Positions 13,001-24,700 of a stretch of 64,000 nucleotides of DNA are shown here, one piece after another. The translations under genes and the position numbers were made by a program. Within the stretch, counting starts at the first letter, position 1. Every line of letters begins with the position of its first letter. The DNA is taken from contig JBLWGC010000104.1 of NCBI GenBank assembly GCA_048772705.1, positions 496,001 to 560,000 of the forward strand, in the 5' to 3' direction. Origin of the DNA: Leidyana gryllorum EB-2025a. Taxonomy: Eukaryota > Protista > Apicomplexa. Below the pieces are notes generated by a model that searched no databases, was not told the origin of the DNA, and saw only the letters and a program-made list of their open reading frames with translations.

Positions 13001-13754
13001 GACCACAGACATATTCAGCCGACATACGTACGTTCCGCCAGCCATTCACCAACGAAGCGCCACTATCCCCAATTCACCACCTCAAGCCCGTACCGCTTCG
13101 AATACCGCACCTCAATTGAAGTGTCCCGGTAGTTGGCAGACGCCCACGAAAAAGGTACCGTGGCCGGAGTATGTTGAGGAAGAATTAGAGGGTGACATCT
13201 ATGTACTTGAGGAGCCGGAAAGAGGGCCGGAAGACGACCGGCAATCCTCAACAGACCCTCCTCCACCTGCTGCCACTTCTGGTGTCCCAAATAGCACCAC
13301 GGATACTAAGCTTCCTCTCTCTCACTGGCAGGTTGTCCTTGCTCAACAGCGGTTGGTTTCACGTGCAGCCGCTTCTGAGCATTCAGAGAGGCGAATGGAG
13401 ATGGAACGCCTCGTGGCTTTCTGGAACTTCCAGCAGAACGAGCGACATTTCATTGATGACGCTAGCCTGCGGCTGCGGCGAGTAGCGCGGAACCGCAACA
13501 TAAATGGACTGAAACCCCTTAGATACCTCCTAAGTCTCGCTTTCACAGTACCTTTCCGAAGAGGACGGAATCCATTAGCGACTGAACCAATTACAATGGT
13601 GAAATACTCGGTAGGCCACCGTCGGCGTCGCCTTCCGTTCCAGTTGCGCCCCTGTACTCCCTACGATGCCCTACCGCCACGATTCGAACCCTCCCTCTCC
13701 AACTTTATGTCCCCCCGTTATGTGCCCAAGTCATCTGCCCTTGAAACTCGTTGA
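10021..13754 (+). CDS. NRPS-like enzyme: adenylation domain, phosphopantetheine carrier, degenerate second carrier, low-complexity tail
   Basis: LLLSPRNS, HSSGST, APLFHTLG, AYGTTE, YQTGDIF, RRTDDTIVHSTGEKTNPIPIE, SSKG. Carrier FFELGLDS...VYEHPT. Introns include 10554-10609, ~11129-11173, ~11352-11403, ~12018-12062 and ~12349-12404. Start codon choice is uncertain. Confidence 0.85.
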
Positions 13755-13797
13755 GAAGAAACTGTGGTAAAGAGTGTTTGGGTTTTTGCACCCCACA

Positions 13798-14345
13798 ATG
13801 CCGCCGAGGGCAAGCAAACAATCTGTGACTTTGAAAGACTTTCTCACCCCCTCCAAGCGTAAACTAAGCACTGGCTCGGCTCCTACCGTATCGACCCAGG
13901 CTCAAACACCTGCAAAGAAACGAAAAGAGAAGGAGTCTCCACCCTCTTTCCATCTGGACAACGCGAATTGGGCAAACGACCTCGAAGATCTGGTCGATGA
14001 CTTTGCAATACCCGATGGTGAGGCCAAGATAGAAGGTTTAGGCGGACCCTCTCTTCTGCAATGGGGAAAGAATCCTAACAAACACGAACTCGGACCCCAC
14101 ACTCTCGGAGACGAGAACAAGCAGCGTGCCGAGGTACTTCTGCGCCGCTTTGACATGACGCTGACCTACGGCTCATGCCGCAGCGTTTCACGAGTAAGCC
14201 AGCGTGATACGGCTTGGGCCGACCTTGACACACTGCCATGTGACTACAGACGAAGCGGTGGGAGAGCGCAGAGAAATACGGTTTGACGCCTCCGGTGATA
14301 ATAAAACAACTACTGGATCGGTTCGGACCAGAGTTTGATCAGTGA
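13798..14345 (+). CDS. POLD4: DNA polymerase delta subunit 4 (p12/Cdm1)
   Basis: N-terminal PIP-like QSVTLKDFL. LLRRFDMTLTYGSCRSVSR|TKRWESAEKYGLTPP across a GTAAG..CAG intron at ~14194-14249. Confidence 0.85.
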
Positions 14346-14414
14346 GCAGTGTATTCTCAATCCAACATCTCACCCAGATCGGTTTTCGACCAGGAATTGG
14401 GATAATTTTTAGCC

Positions 14415-15215
14415 ATGATAAAACTGCGTAGGGGCTGGACCGGCTCACCCATCGATGTGGAAACCCGCGGAAGTGGAGGGGAAAGCGGATGTGTGCGTAC
14501 TGACGAGGAACGCAAAGTGGAGCTGGGGGTATATGAAGGAGGTGGCGCGCTCTGGGAATGTGCTAAGGACCTAATAGACGTGCTGGATGAAGATTTTGCG
14601 TCCGACAGAGATCTGGGGCGCTTACTAGCTTCAAGCAAACCCCTCCGAGTTCTCGAACTTGGTATGTTAAGGCACTCGGAGACGTGATGACATTGCTGCA
14701 GGGTGTGGGCAAGCTTTGCCATCATTGAAGCTAGCGGAACTGCGTGCTGCAGCCGGGTTGGAAACAGTATTAATACTGCAAGACCTGAATGAAGAGGTTT
14801 TCTGGGAGCATACTATACCGGCTTTGAAGCAGTTGACAAAAGAAGTTCAAGCGACGTGCATTGTATGCACTTGGGAAGACATGGTTGAGCATTTGCAGCC
14901 CGAAGACAAATTCGATCTCATACTGTCTTCCGAAACGGTTTACCGAACAGAAACATTCGGGACCATAACGAAGATCGTGGAACATTGTCTGATATCTAAG
15001 GTACGTATCGATCATATTGATGTGCGACGATCAGCCGCGGTTTCGTCGTGTAGGCTTACTTCAGTCAAAAGCGTTACTACTTTGGACTGGGAGGAGGGTC
15101 CTTGGCCTACGTTTTATATCTCAAAACGAGCGGAAGCCGCCTAAATACACGATTTACGAAGTCCATCGAGGATGGTCAATCCAATGTTAGAGATGTGTTC
15201 GTCATAACTCCATAA
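14415..15215 (+). CDS. METTL18: Protein-histidine N-methyltransferase (METTL18/Hpm1), 3 exons
   Basis: GVYEGGGALWECAKDL, VLELGCG, FDLILSSETVY, KRYYFGLGGG, EDGQSNVRDV. Confidence 0.9.
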
Positions 15216-15248
15216 TGAAAGGCATGCGTGTGGGTGCAGCCAGCCAAG

Positions 15249-16850
15249 ATGCTGCTGACCCTTCTTCTATCAACTTGCATAATTCTTCCTACATTAGCTG
15301 TGTAAGGACATACTTTGACCATGGTTTCGCGAGTTCCAAACAGGCATCGAGAGTGTCAGTCCTCGGCATCTGGTTTCACTGAATGTCTGGGCAATACACT
15401 ACGGTCCATCAGCTATATGGCAGACTATATAGAACATCGTCCAGTGAGTTACTAACTCCACATGACGGACAGCTTTATTGCGGCCCATAGCACCATTTTG
15501 TCGTCAAGGTTGAAGCCGGGACACCGCCACAGCCGCTTCATCTCCTGGTGGACACTGGTAGTGCGTAAGTAATCATGCTGCGCTTACGCCTATCCACAAA
15601 GGACCTCTTTAGAAATCTATGGCTCTTAGGACAAGGATGCTCTCAACCAACTTGTACCTGGTTGCCACAATTCGATTTTACTCGATCTAAAAGTTTCGCT
15701 TTGATGAACCCTCCCAGCATTCTTTCGGTACAGGTGAGCGCTCCATTACCTCAAAAGCGAGCGAGAGAGAGGAGTGCACCCGGGGCCGGGTGGGCTGACA
15801 CCGGTTTGTCACGACCCGAGCGGCGCCCGGTGGCCTCTCTTTCTTTACTCGGACCCCAGTCATGTTGGTCCTACAGTTTGTGACTGGTGAATTGAAGGGA
15901 CCATTAGGCCGCGACGTAATCCGCATCGGACCGATGGAAGCAATGAATCAAACGATGGCTATAATAGCGGAGGAGACTGATCACTCTTCGGCTGGTTCCA
16001 CGAATGTGTTCAGCCGTGTGCCTGTGCAAGGCATATTGGGCTTAGCGTTTCCAAATATGGCAGCAGAAGGGATGTCTCCTCTTATGGACTCGTTGATAGA
16101 ACGCGGCCTCTTGACCGAACCTCAAACTGCATTTTATCTCCCTAAGGATCCAAGCTACGGCCTTACTGCCGACAACGAAACATTGTCGGACTTCTCCTCC
16201 AACAAGACGGGGCTCTACGACTTTCCAACTCTGCAAAAGGGGCACTTCATATTGGGGGATGTGGAACCTTCTTTGATCTCTGAGCCTCTCCGGCGAGTAC
16301 CTGTCACCCACCCGAAATACTGGGAGACCTCGATGGAAGGAATGCAGATTGGTGACAAATCAATCTGTTGTGCAGACCACGCCGTCCCAACGGCGATCGT
16401 TGATAGCGGTTCCACGGCGAACACCGTACCCAACTCTGTGTACGCGAAGCTTTCCGCGGAGCTGCCCTTCAACGGGATTCCTTGTCCTGGAAACTCAGCA
16501 GATGAGCGTAGAGCCTTTTTGGATTCACAGTACCCCCCATTGCACTACAACTTTGGGGGCTTCCGCCTCACTTTGCAGCCTTCAGAGTATTTCACATTTG
16601 CTCAGCGGTCAAAACGGTGTCGACCCAACATTGCTCCGCTCGACTTGCCAGACAGGTTGTACACATTTGTGATGGGGGCACCGTTGATGCGCGCATATGT
16701 GGTGGCGTTGCATCGTGGGCACAATGGGAAAGATGCCACCGTGAGTACACACAGAGAGGAGGAATGTTGTGATAAACTGCTTTTCTCAAACCACAGATAG
16801 GGTTTGCTCGGGCGCGACATACAGCAGCAGCGAGCGATCCAAATTTGTAA
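15249..16850 (+). CDS. Secreted pepsin-like (A1) aspartic protease, multi-exon
   Basis: Signal peptide MLLTLLLSTCIILPTLA; GTPPQPLHLLVDTGS; GILGLAFP; YW; AIVDSGST; FVMGAPLMRAY; IGFARA. Confidence 0.9.
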
Positions 16851-16862
16851 GACGGCCCAACG

Positions 16863-18964
16863 ATGCATGACGGTCGCTATGCTCCCATCCCTGCATCGGA
16901 AATATACCAACAACCGCCAGTACCTTCTTTTCCAGGAGAGGCCATCGCACCAGTTGGCTACACAGCGGTAGAGAATGAGGAGAACCCCAAAGCGCCTTAC
17001 CGGGCAGTTGACCAATCTTGGCTCTTGATCTTCTGCCTGGTGATGATGTGGTTGATGGGTCAGTTTGTACAGAACCTATGGGCGGGCTCTCCGGGTGGAC
17101 TAAGCCGTCCGCGCAACTACCAAGGCCTGGCGTGTGGTTGGGACGCTGGAGTGGCTGATCTGCCCAACCTGTACTACCCGCTCAATCCGGCGAACGGCAA
17201 GGCGTTAGAGCTATACCCACAAAGGGGTCTGTGTTTGTCACAGTGTCCGACTGCGAAGGATGTTGCCGCCAGGAGCTTTGTCACTCTACCTGAGAACGCC
17301 TTGTTGAAAGACAAGGGCGAGGAGTCGTGGTTGTCGGTTCTACATACCCTGCGAACCCCTGTCTACGCGACGAAGCAATCCACTTCCCACCTTTGTGTAC
17401 CTGAACATCCAGTCCTAAATCGACAGTTCCGGGAGATTATGAATGCTCGAAATCTGAGTGTGACGAATGTGCTTGCGGCTGGTTTGCAGCAAGCTTTACC
17501 CTTAGTGATCGGACTGACCGTATTGACGAGTATGGGTTCCCATGTTGCCTTCAAACTGGCCTATCCTTTACCCGGCTCGGGTTTGGTAATTGTTGTGCTC
17601 AGCACTGTTATCAACAGCCTAATATTCGGCTGTCATTGTATTCGACGAGGACTTCAAACACCGACTGGACACCAACATATCGCAGAGGACCATCGGGGTT
17701 TGGTGGTAATCGGTAGTTTGTTGCTTTTATTCGGCTTGGGATTCACAGAAAGGGTTATAACCCATACCTCTTGGCTTTCTGATGCCAGTTGCATGTGGGA
17801 AGCCAAATGGAAGTGTAACAAACAATTCCAGACTGGCCAGCGTATCTACCTTTTACTACAAGGACTTCAAGGCGCCGTCGCAATACTCGGAGTAATCACG
17901 TTGATCTGTTTGGGGAGTCAAACTCTCAGTCGATCTACTCCAGCGACGGTTAGCGTGGATCCTAATGGCGGTATCGAGATATCTACATTGGACAAATATG
18001 AGATCACTACTATCGGAGTTTCACTGAGAGCCATCGGAGTGGTTGTGGCCACCGTGTGGGGGATGGAGACCATCCTCTCGATAACCAAATTTACTGCTTC
18101 GTACTCAAGTGAGTTTGATTCCATGGCCGCTGTCTCCCCCGCCACACACGTGCGCAGTTGTCGATCGGTACTTCAATGGTGTGGCTGGGTGCACCGGAGC
18201 GAAACCCTCGACTAACCGGCCTAGAGAGGGACTTCGGATCGCCTTTGATTACTTTCTTGGTACTCTGGCGGTCTTCTCAATCACCCGGTTTATCAGTCGA
18301 CCTTTCCGAATGTTCATTATGCTCAGCGCTGGGACACGATTCAACCCGCGGGACAGGAGCAGCGACGAGCCCAGGAAGAAACTACACCTGCCCGAGGTGT
18401 TGGTGGACTATGTCCACAACGCTGTCTTCTCACAGGTGATTTTTAGGACAGAGTGTTGTAACAATTTCTCCGCTATCGCAGATTGCACTGAATGCGACCG
18501 ACTTGAAGACGTCGGTCAAAGAGTCCAGCTATCAGCTCAACGAGACCTGTTATGAGACGACAGCGTCGACTATTGGTGTGCCTGCTTTGGTCACATGGGC
18601 GAACGGGGTTTGCACATGGATGGGGACTTTCACCATGTCTACCATGTTCCTCCACAGTCTGCAAGATAACGGAGCCTTTTATCGAGGTTTCCCCGAGCTG
18701 ACTGCCTTTGTGATTGCGACAGTCGTTACATACGTGGCGACTATGCCGTGGTCTGTGAATGAGGCGCAAGTGGATGCCTTGCTGTATGCCTACTTGTACG
18801 AGATGGAGGTGGCACGGTACCTGCAGGTGAAGCCCACCTATGTTTTGTGCCCTGACGAAATTCGTCTGCTGCTGTCGGACATTGCCCGGAAACGACAAGT
18901 TGTGTATGACAGCCAACTGAGTAGTCAACAAGAATCGAATACCCCTTTAGCCCCGACCCTTTAG
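16863..18964 (+). CDS. Choline transporter-like (CTL/SLC44) multi-pass membrane protein
   Basis: D.SWLLIF TM1, RPRNYQGLACG...NLYYP...CLSQCPT loop, many TM segments, GTLAVFS and VDALLYAY. Multi-exon. Confidence 0.75.
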
Positions 18965-19025
18965 TTAGCTATTATAACTATCATTAGATAGATCAGGTGA
19001 TGATGATCGTCTGTCTGTTCTTCTT

Positions 19026-21737
19026 TTACTGACTGACATTAAACTTCGCTACCAGTGTTTCGGAAGCACTGAGGACATTTTCCTTCACCAAAGTGAGCAG
19101 CAGCTTTGCCAGGATGGCCTTCCTCCGCATGTCTCCCCCATCTCTAGAAGTCAGAGACCCGATCATACTATGGAGGCCTTGACGGACTGCCCGCCGATAT
19201 CTATTGGCAACTCTCTCATCTGCCGATCCACATAACCTCAAAATGACACTCTCGTAGAACGGATTGTAGACCCTCTCTTCAACAAGGCAATGCAGTATCA
19301 CTGCCACAACATGAGGTGTCTGGCTCCTCCGACGCCCAGTTTTGAGTACTCGTGTCACCGCATCTTCGACATCTGCGGCGCTCATCAGGGCGCCAAACAC
19401 TTCCTGCTGGATAGGTGTCTTGATTCGCAGAGCCTTGGCCACATCTGTCAACGACTTTCCATCGCTCGTTGTCCCCTCAGTCAAGCCCTCCAGGATTTCG
19501 GCTGTCAACCCACCCGAGCCCGACTTATCACCAACAACTAATTTGCCCTCCAATAGACTTTGGAGAGCCGCTTTCGGATCAGAGACTTCGAACGATACGG
19601 AGTCCCAGTCAACAGAGCGGAAGTGTGAATGGTTTTTGCTCCTCAACCACCCACGCATCGCAGCGTACTTTTCATATATAGGAGCTTTCCGCAATCTTTG
19701 CTGCCCAATCGCCGAGAGCTCTTGCCTTAAAAAGTCCACATGCACTGCAAGTGTTACGAAGAAAGTCAGTCAGCTGCAGGTACGGAAGCGCAACTCACTG
19801 TTCTCAGTCACTCCATCCAGAGCGTCCAACACTTCCAATACGTATTCCTTAAGAGTCTCATAGCTGGCCGGATGGTCCGACAGGAGATCGGGGCCGGTGA
19901 GACGGACCACCAATGATAAGAATTGAAGGTGTCGAATCCTCAACTCAACAGCTATCGCGTCGTCTCGCCGCCGGACCAAATGGCTGACAAATTCCAATAG
20001 TACACTCACATCCAGCACTCCGAAATAGAAACACATGCACACAGCACTTGTAGCTTGTGAGCACTGCGTTGCCATTTCAGAGATATGCTGATGAGTCGCA
20101 TCTAAGGCAGCGCTTTTCTGATAGGCATCGCTGGCGAACGCCGCTATCATTGCGCGTTCCCCGTCATTGAAGGCTTTCAAGATGCGTCGCAGATATTCCG
20201 GAATGACCTAAAAGGTTGAAGTGTGTAGTCGTCCGAGAGGTGTGCGCCTTACCTGTGGTGAGATCAGTGCACTCAGAGCTGCCAACATGGCAATCTGCGG
20301 TGCCAACAGATCTGTGGTAGCCTTCGCTTTGAAAAAGTCGAACGCTTCTTGTGCGACACAATCGCACACCGCCGCTTGGAACGTCGACAACACTTCTTGG
20401 AGTTCAGTGTCTGGCAGACTATCGATATTGAGAGACTCTTTCGCCGAAACAGTCTCTTTCAATATGGTTTGCAGAACTGGATTGAGATTTCCCTCTGCTA
20501 CTCTGTTGAACTGGGAACGTACTTTAGGCCTCAACAGTCGGATGGCAGAAGCGGCCGTCTGGCTTGCCGTCACGGAGACTGCCCCATTAGCGTCTTCCGC
20601 CATTTGATTGCGGAGGTGCGGAGGAATATATTTTGATTCGCTTTTAAGCGAAGCGGCGCTCTTGGATTGTGGTGCGGAGGAGGGAGATTGTTCGTCTTGC
20701 TGCTCGACGGAGGGTTTCTCTTCTCGCGCTGACACTTCTGTTCCCTTATTCCCCTTCGCGGCAGTCTTTGAGCCTTTGAGGGCAGACTCTAATTTTGTGG
20801 CCTCAGCCTTCGTACTTGAAGCGGACATTGGCTCCAGAATCTCAAGTTGACCATTGTCAATTTCGTCAGCGAATCGCACCTTGCGATTCTTACGATCTGC
20901 CGGTCCATCAATGTCATCTTCATCGATCCCATCGGAGTTGTCGCCTGAAGAGGAACCCCACAAATTGGCTTCGACGTCACTGTCTTCGCCACAGAATTCC
21001 AGGTATCGCGCTTTCCAACTGTCGTCCTCGCCCAGAGTGTCGCCTGTGAAAGAGGAGGAGGACGCTGTCGACTTTTCATCGTCCTCGTCTTCGTCGTCGG
21101 AGGCTGACGACGGAGACTTGGTGGCGGTGGTGGTGGTAGTGGACTCCTCCGGCTCGTCGTCGGAGCTTTCTGGGCCTTCCCCGGAGCTTTCCGGGCCTTC
21201 CCCGTCGCTCTCATTCGTTCCATCAGCACTCTCGGCATCCGACTTGTCGGATCCGTCCGCTTCATCAACACTATTCATGGCGACATCATCGGCGTCGTCG
21301 TCGTCCTCCTCGTCTGGAATATCGAAATCCTCGCCGTCAATGATGCTTTCGGCTAATTGGAGGATATCCTCTCCGCCAAATTCCTCCTCGGCGATCTCTT
21401 TAGCCACTTGTTTCTTCTTCGACCGGTCCCCTTTCATTCCCAATTTGCGTTCGAGGTACTCAATCATCATAGCCTCCTCATCCTCGTCCGCTTCATCGAC
21501 TGCAGCATAGTTTAGTTCCTTCTTTGTGAATGTAAGGTTTCGTTGTTGGGGCTGCTCATTGTCGGAGTCCGAAGAAGAAGAATCACTGCTCTCTTGGACG
21601 TTTTTTATGGGTTTTGGGTTGTCTACTTTGCCTCCCGAATGCCGACTGCGATGGTACTCCACCTTTCGTCTCTTGGCTTGCTCCCTCTTCTTTTTTCGTT
21701 CTTCCGTCCTAGACCGCTTGGGAGGTACGCGAGCCAT
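19026..21737 (-). CDS. NOM1: Nucleolar MIF4G/MA3 protein NOM1/Sgd1
   Basis: Acidic N-terminus, MIEYLERKLG, SKYIPPHLR, KVRSQFNRVAEGNL, EVFGALMSAADVEDAVTRVLK, HCLVEERVYNPFY. Confidence 0.9.
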
Positions 21738-21739
21738 GG

Positions 21740-24700
21740 TCAAAAATTTACAGGCTGGCAGTCCACCACGAATTTGTCGAAGAGTTCGGAAAAGTCGTGG
21801 AAGAAGATCTGCATTGAGATGATGGTAAACCTGGGTCGTTCTCTACGCGATTTCGCTGAATAGAGCGCCAAATCATACTGCTTTGTCAAATGGTGCTCCC
21901 AAGACAGTCGTGCAGCCTCTGTCGGGTTTGATCTCTGCAAAACTGTCTCCAACGCTCGCTGTAAGGCGGCTGGCCGTGCAGCCAGTGCAGTTTGCAATGC
22001 ACACGCTGCGTTCGAGATAGATCGCATCACCTGCAGATAAGAAGAAAAAAATCCCTCAATGAGTGTGTGTGTGTGTAAGTGCCCTTACCCCCTGGAGATG
22101 GCGCTGTGTGGTCGCCTTGACGAATAAGTGGTGGAGGAATTCGGTCAGTGGGTACTCCCACAGCTCGAAGGCACCAGTAGGAGACGGCGACGATTCATCA
22201 TCTGACATAGAGTGGGAAATAGCGTATGACAAGAACCAAGGTTGTTCCGCCTGCCTTACCAATGAGAGCAAAGGCAATCTCGACCAGCACATCCTCAGTC
22301 TCTGTTCTGCACACAATGTTACTCTCCAATCCTTTACCGAGCTGCACGGGAGGTTTATCGATAATTATCGATCGACACCAATATCTCTGTACTTACGAAC
22401 TGCACCAATCTCGAGGGATAGTCCCCCCGCAATTCTCGAAGGGTAGCTTGTGGTTGCCAGGAAAACAGAGCGGATGTCGATTGCAGATAAGACAGATACA
22501 CTTTTCTGCAAATTCAGACCAATGCGTCGAGACGAGTCCATAGTAGAATTTCGACTTACAGTGCGACTCCACTACCGTTGATAGAGCTTTGGAGGCTCTC
22601 GCTGTGCATCAGCTGTCCGACAAGCGGTAGAACAACAGCGATCAGCAGATGTTGGGACATTCCTTGTCGAGTGGTCTCGGCGACTGTCTCTTGTCTGTCC
22701 AACCCCGTTTGGGGAGCACTAAACTTGACGATCAGTTTCATTAACTTCAAAATGCCCCTCAACCAGAACAAGAGACTATCATTTCGGGCGTCTGCACGGT
22801 TCCCGGTGAGATTGTTCTCCACTGCGCGGTAGAGAGTGACTTGGGACAAAGTGATGTTCCGCAAAGGCCCAAAGAGTAGAGTGAGTCCTTCATTCTGAGT
22901 CTCGCTGCTGGCGAGGGTACAGAGCCCAAAGATACACTTGAGGAGGCCACAGATTCTGGACAACGGGCCGAATGATCTGTTCAAAGTCGACGAAAACTCA
23001 CTCTGTATTGGCATCGGGTGGTGTTGTCTCCGGCAAATGGCGGAGAGAGTCCAGCCAAGTTATATCCTCAATCAGCGGGCCCTGTGGGGGGGCATCACTC
23101 CTCGGGGAGATCACTCGCGCCACTGTCGCGGCATCGATAGCCGATGGCTCCATTTGATGCAACTCGGCACCAAACAGAACTCTTAGGAGACGGCGGAGAG
23201 TGGTCGCCTTCCACCGCCATTCTTCGGAGGCGGGTACAATATTCAGTCTCAGGAAGCCACGGATTAAGCCTTTGAGACCACCAACTTTTGTCATTAAAGC
23301 ATTAGCATCGTTGACCGAAAGGTGGAACGAGTGAAGGTGCATTGTGGAAGCGAACAATGCGCATTGTCGTTCCAACCATTGCTGTTCCAACACAGCTTTC
23401 ACCTGGGGATTGGCCTCGACCAACTCGCAAGCGTAATCGGTGGGTAGAACTGCAAGCGAGACAAACTCTGTCAACCTCGACTTGCTCGCGGGCGGTAGGG
23501 TATCGAGCAATCCGCCGGGCCGAACCGAAGGCAAAGCAATGGATTGGAAAGAGGGACATTCCCAGAGATGAGGGCTCGTGAGAGTCTCCAAACTTCCGAA
23601 CCTGACGGGGAGATTGATCAAATGAGGCCGACATCACACTGTTACTCACGAGTGGAGTCCGAGAAGGGCGATTCGAACCACTTCACCCTCGCCTCTTAAG
23701 GCCCCCAGACACTCAAAGCAGAATTTGATGCTCATATCCAGCCAAGCCATGGAGGCGTGCGAGGACTGGAGGACCGCTGCTGTGTCTTTCGGGGCGAAAC
23801 AATAAGCGTGGGTCATTCTTATCAGGAATACCAACACCGCCTCGATGACCAACGGCGACAACTGATTGAGACGAGTCGGTGACAAGAGGTTGATACCAGC
23901 CGGGGTAAGTAGGATCTGGAAAAAGTTACTCAGCGTCTCCGTCTCGCGGCACACAGGATGCTCCACCAGAGGCACCGGCGAGGTACACATGCCTGAAAAT
24001 GAAGTATTGTGTTGAGAGGTGTCAATATTGCCCCGCTTACAGGAATGGAAGGACCCAACATCACGATAGAACGAAGGGATATGGGGCATTCGGACTTTCT
24101 CTCCTCCGCTGATCCCAGGCTCAGCGGTCAAAATTGCCGTTGACATCAGGAAGAAGAAACGGATATAATCCAGATCAGTTGTTGAAAGTTGTGGATTCGC
24201 CATTACGGATTTCAGCTTATTCATCAGCGCGTTCAAAGCGTCAATGGGAACCAACCGGCAAGCCTCTGCGAACAGTCCCACTCGATTCAAATAGCGATCG
24301 TCGTCCAGATACAGTGTGTGTGACGTTATAGACAGAAAGTTGGTGCCGCCTGACGCAGCTCCCGGGTTGGGAGACGCCTCGTCTTCCTGCACTCGGATCT
24401 CGCGGTCCTGAACTCGCAGACCAGCGATCTCTTCCAAGTCTTCGGTGTCATCAGCGTCGAGTATGGGCCAAGAGTTGACCAGAATATCACCCACTCGACC
24501 CGCCAGCGCCCCCACGTACTGGTCTCGGTCTCCAGGCGCCATTGTGATGGAGGTGAAATGAGCACATAAGCCCAGAACCCGCAAAACAGACTCAGCCAAT
24601 ACCAACGCCTCATCTCGCACCAAGTGCACTCTCACAGCGGATTGACGTAGAGCTCTGAAGAGAAGAGAAGTTGTTGAAATAGTGGAGCCCGGCGACATTC

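Noticed and set aside
20795-21510. Long Ser-rich plus-strand ORFs and a 21-nt tandem duplication (GEGPESS x2) in NOM1
   Set aside because: Antisense mirror of the acidic low-complexity NOM1 N-terminus; an ordinary coding repeat.
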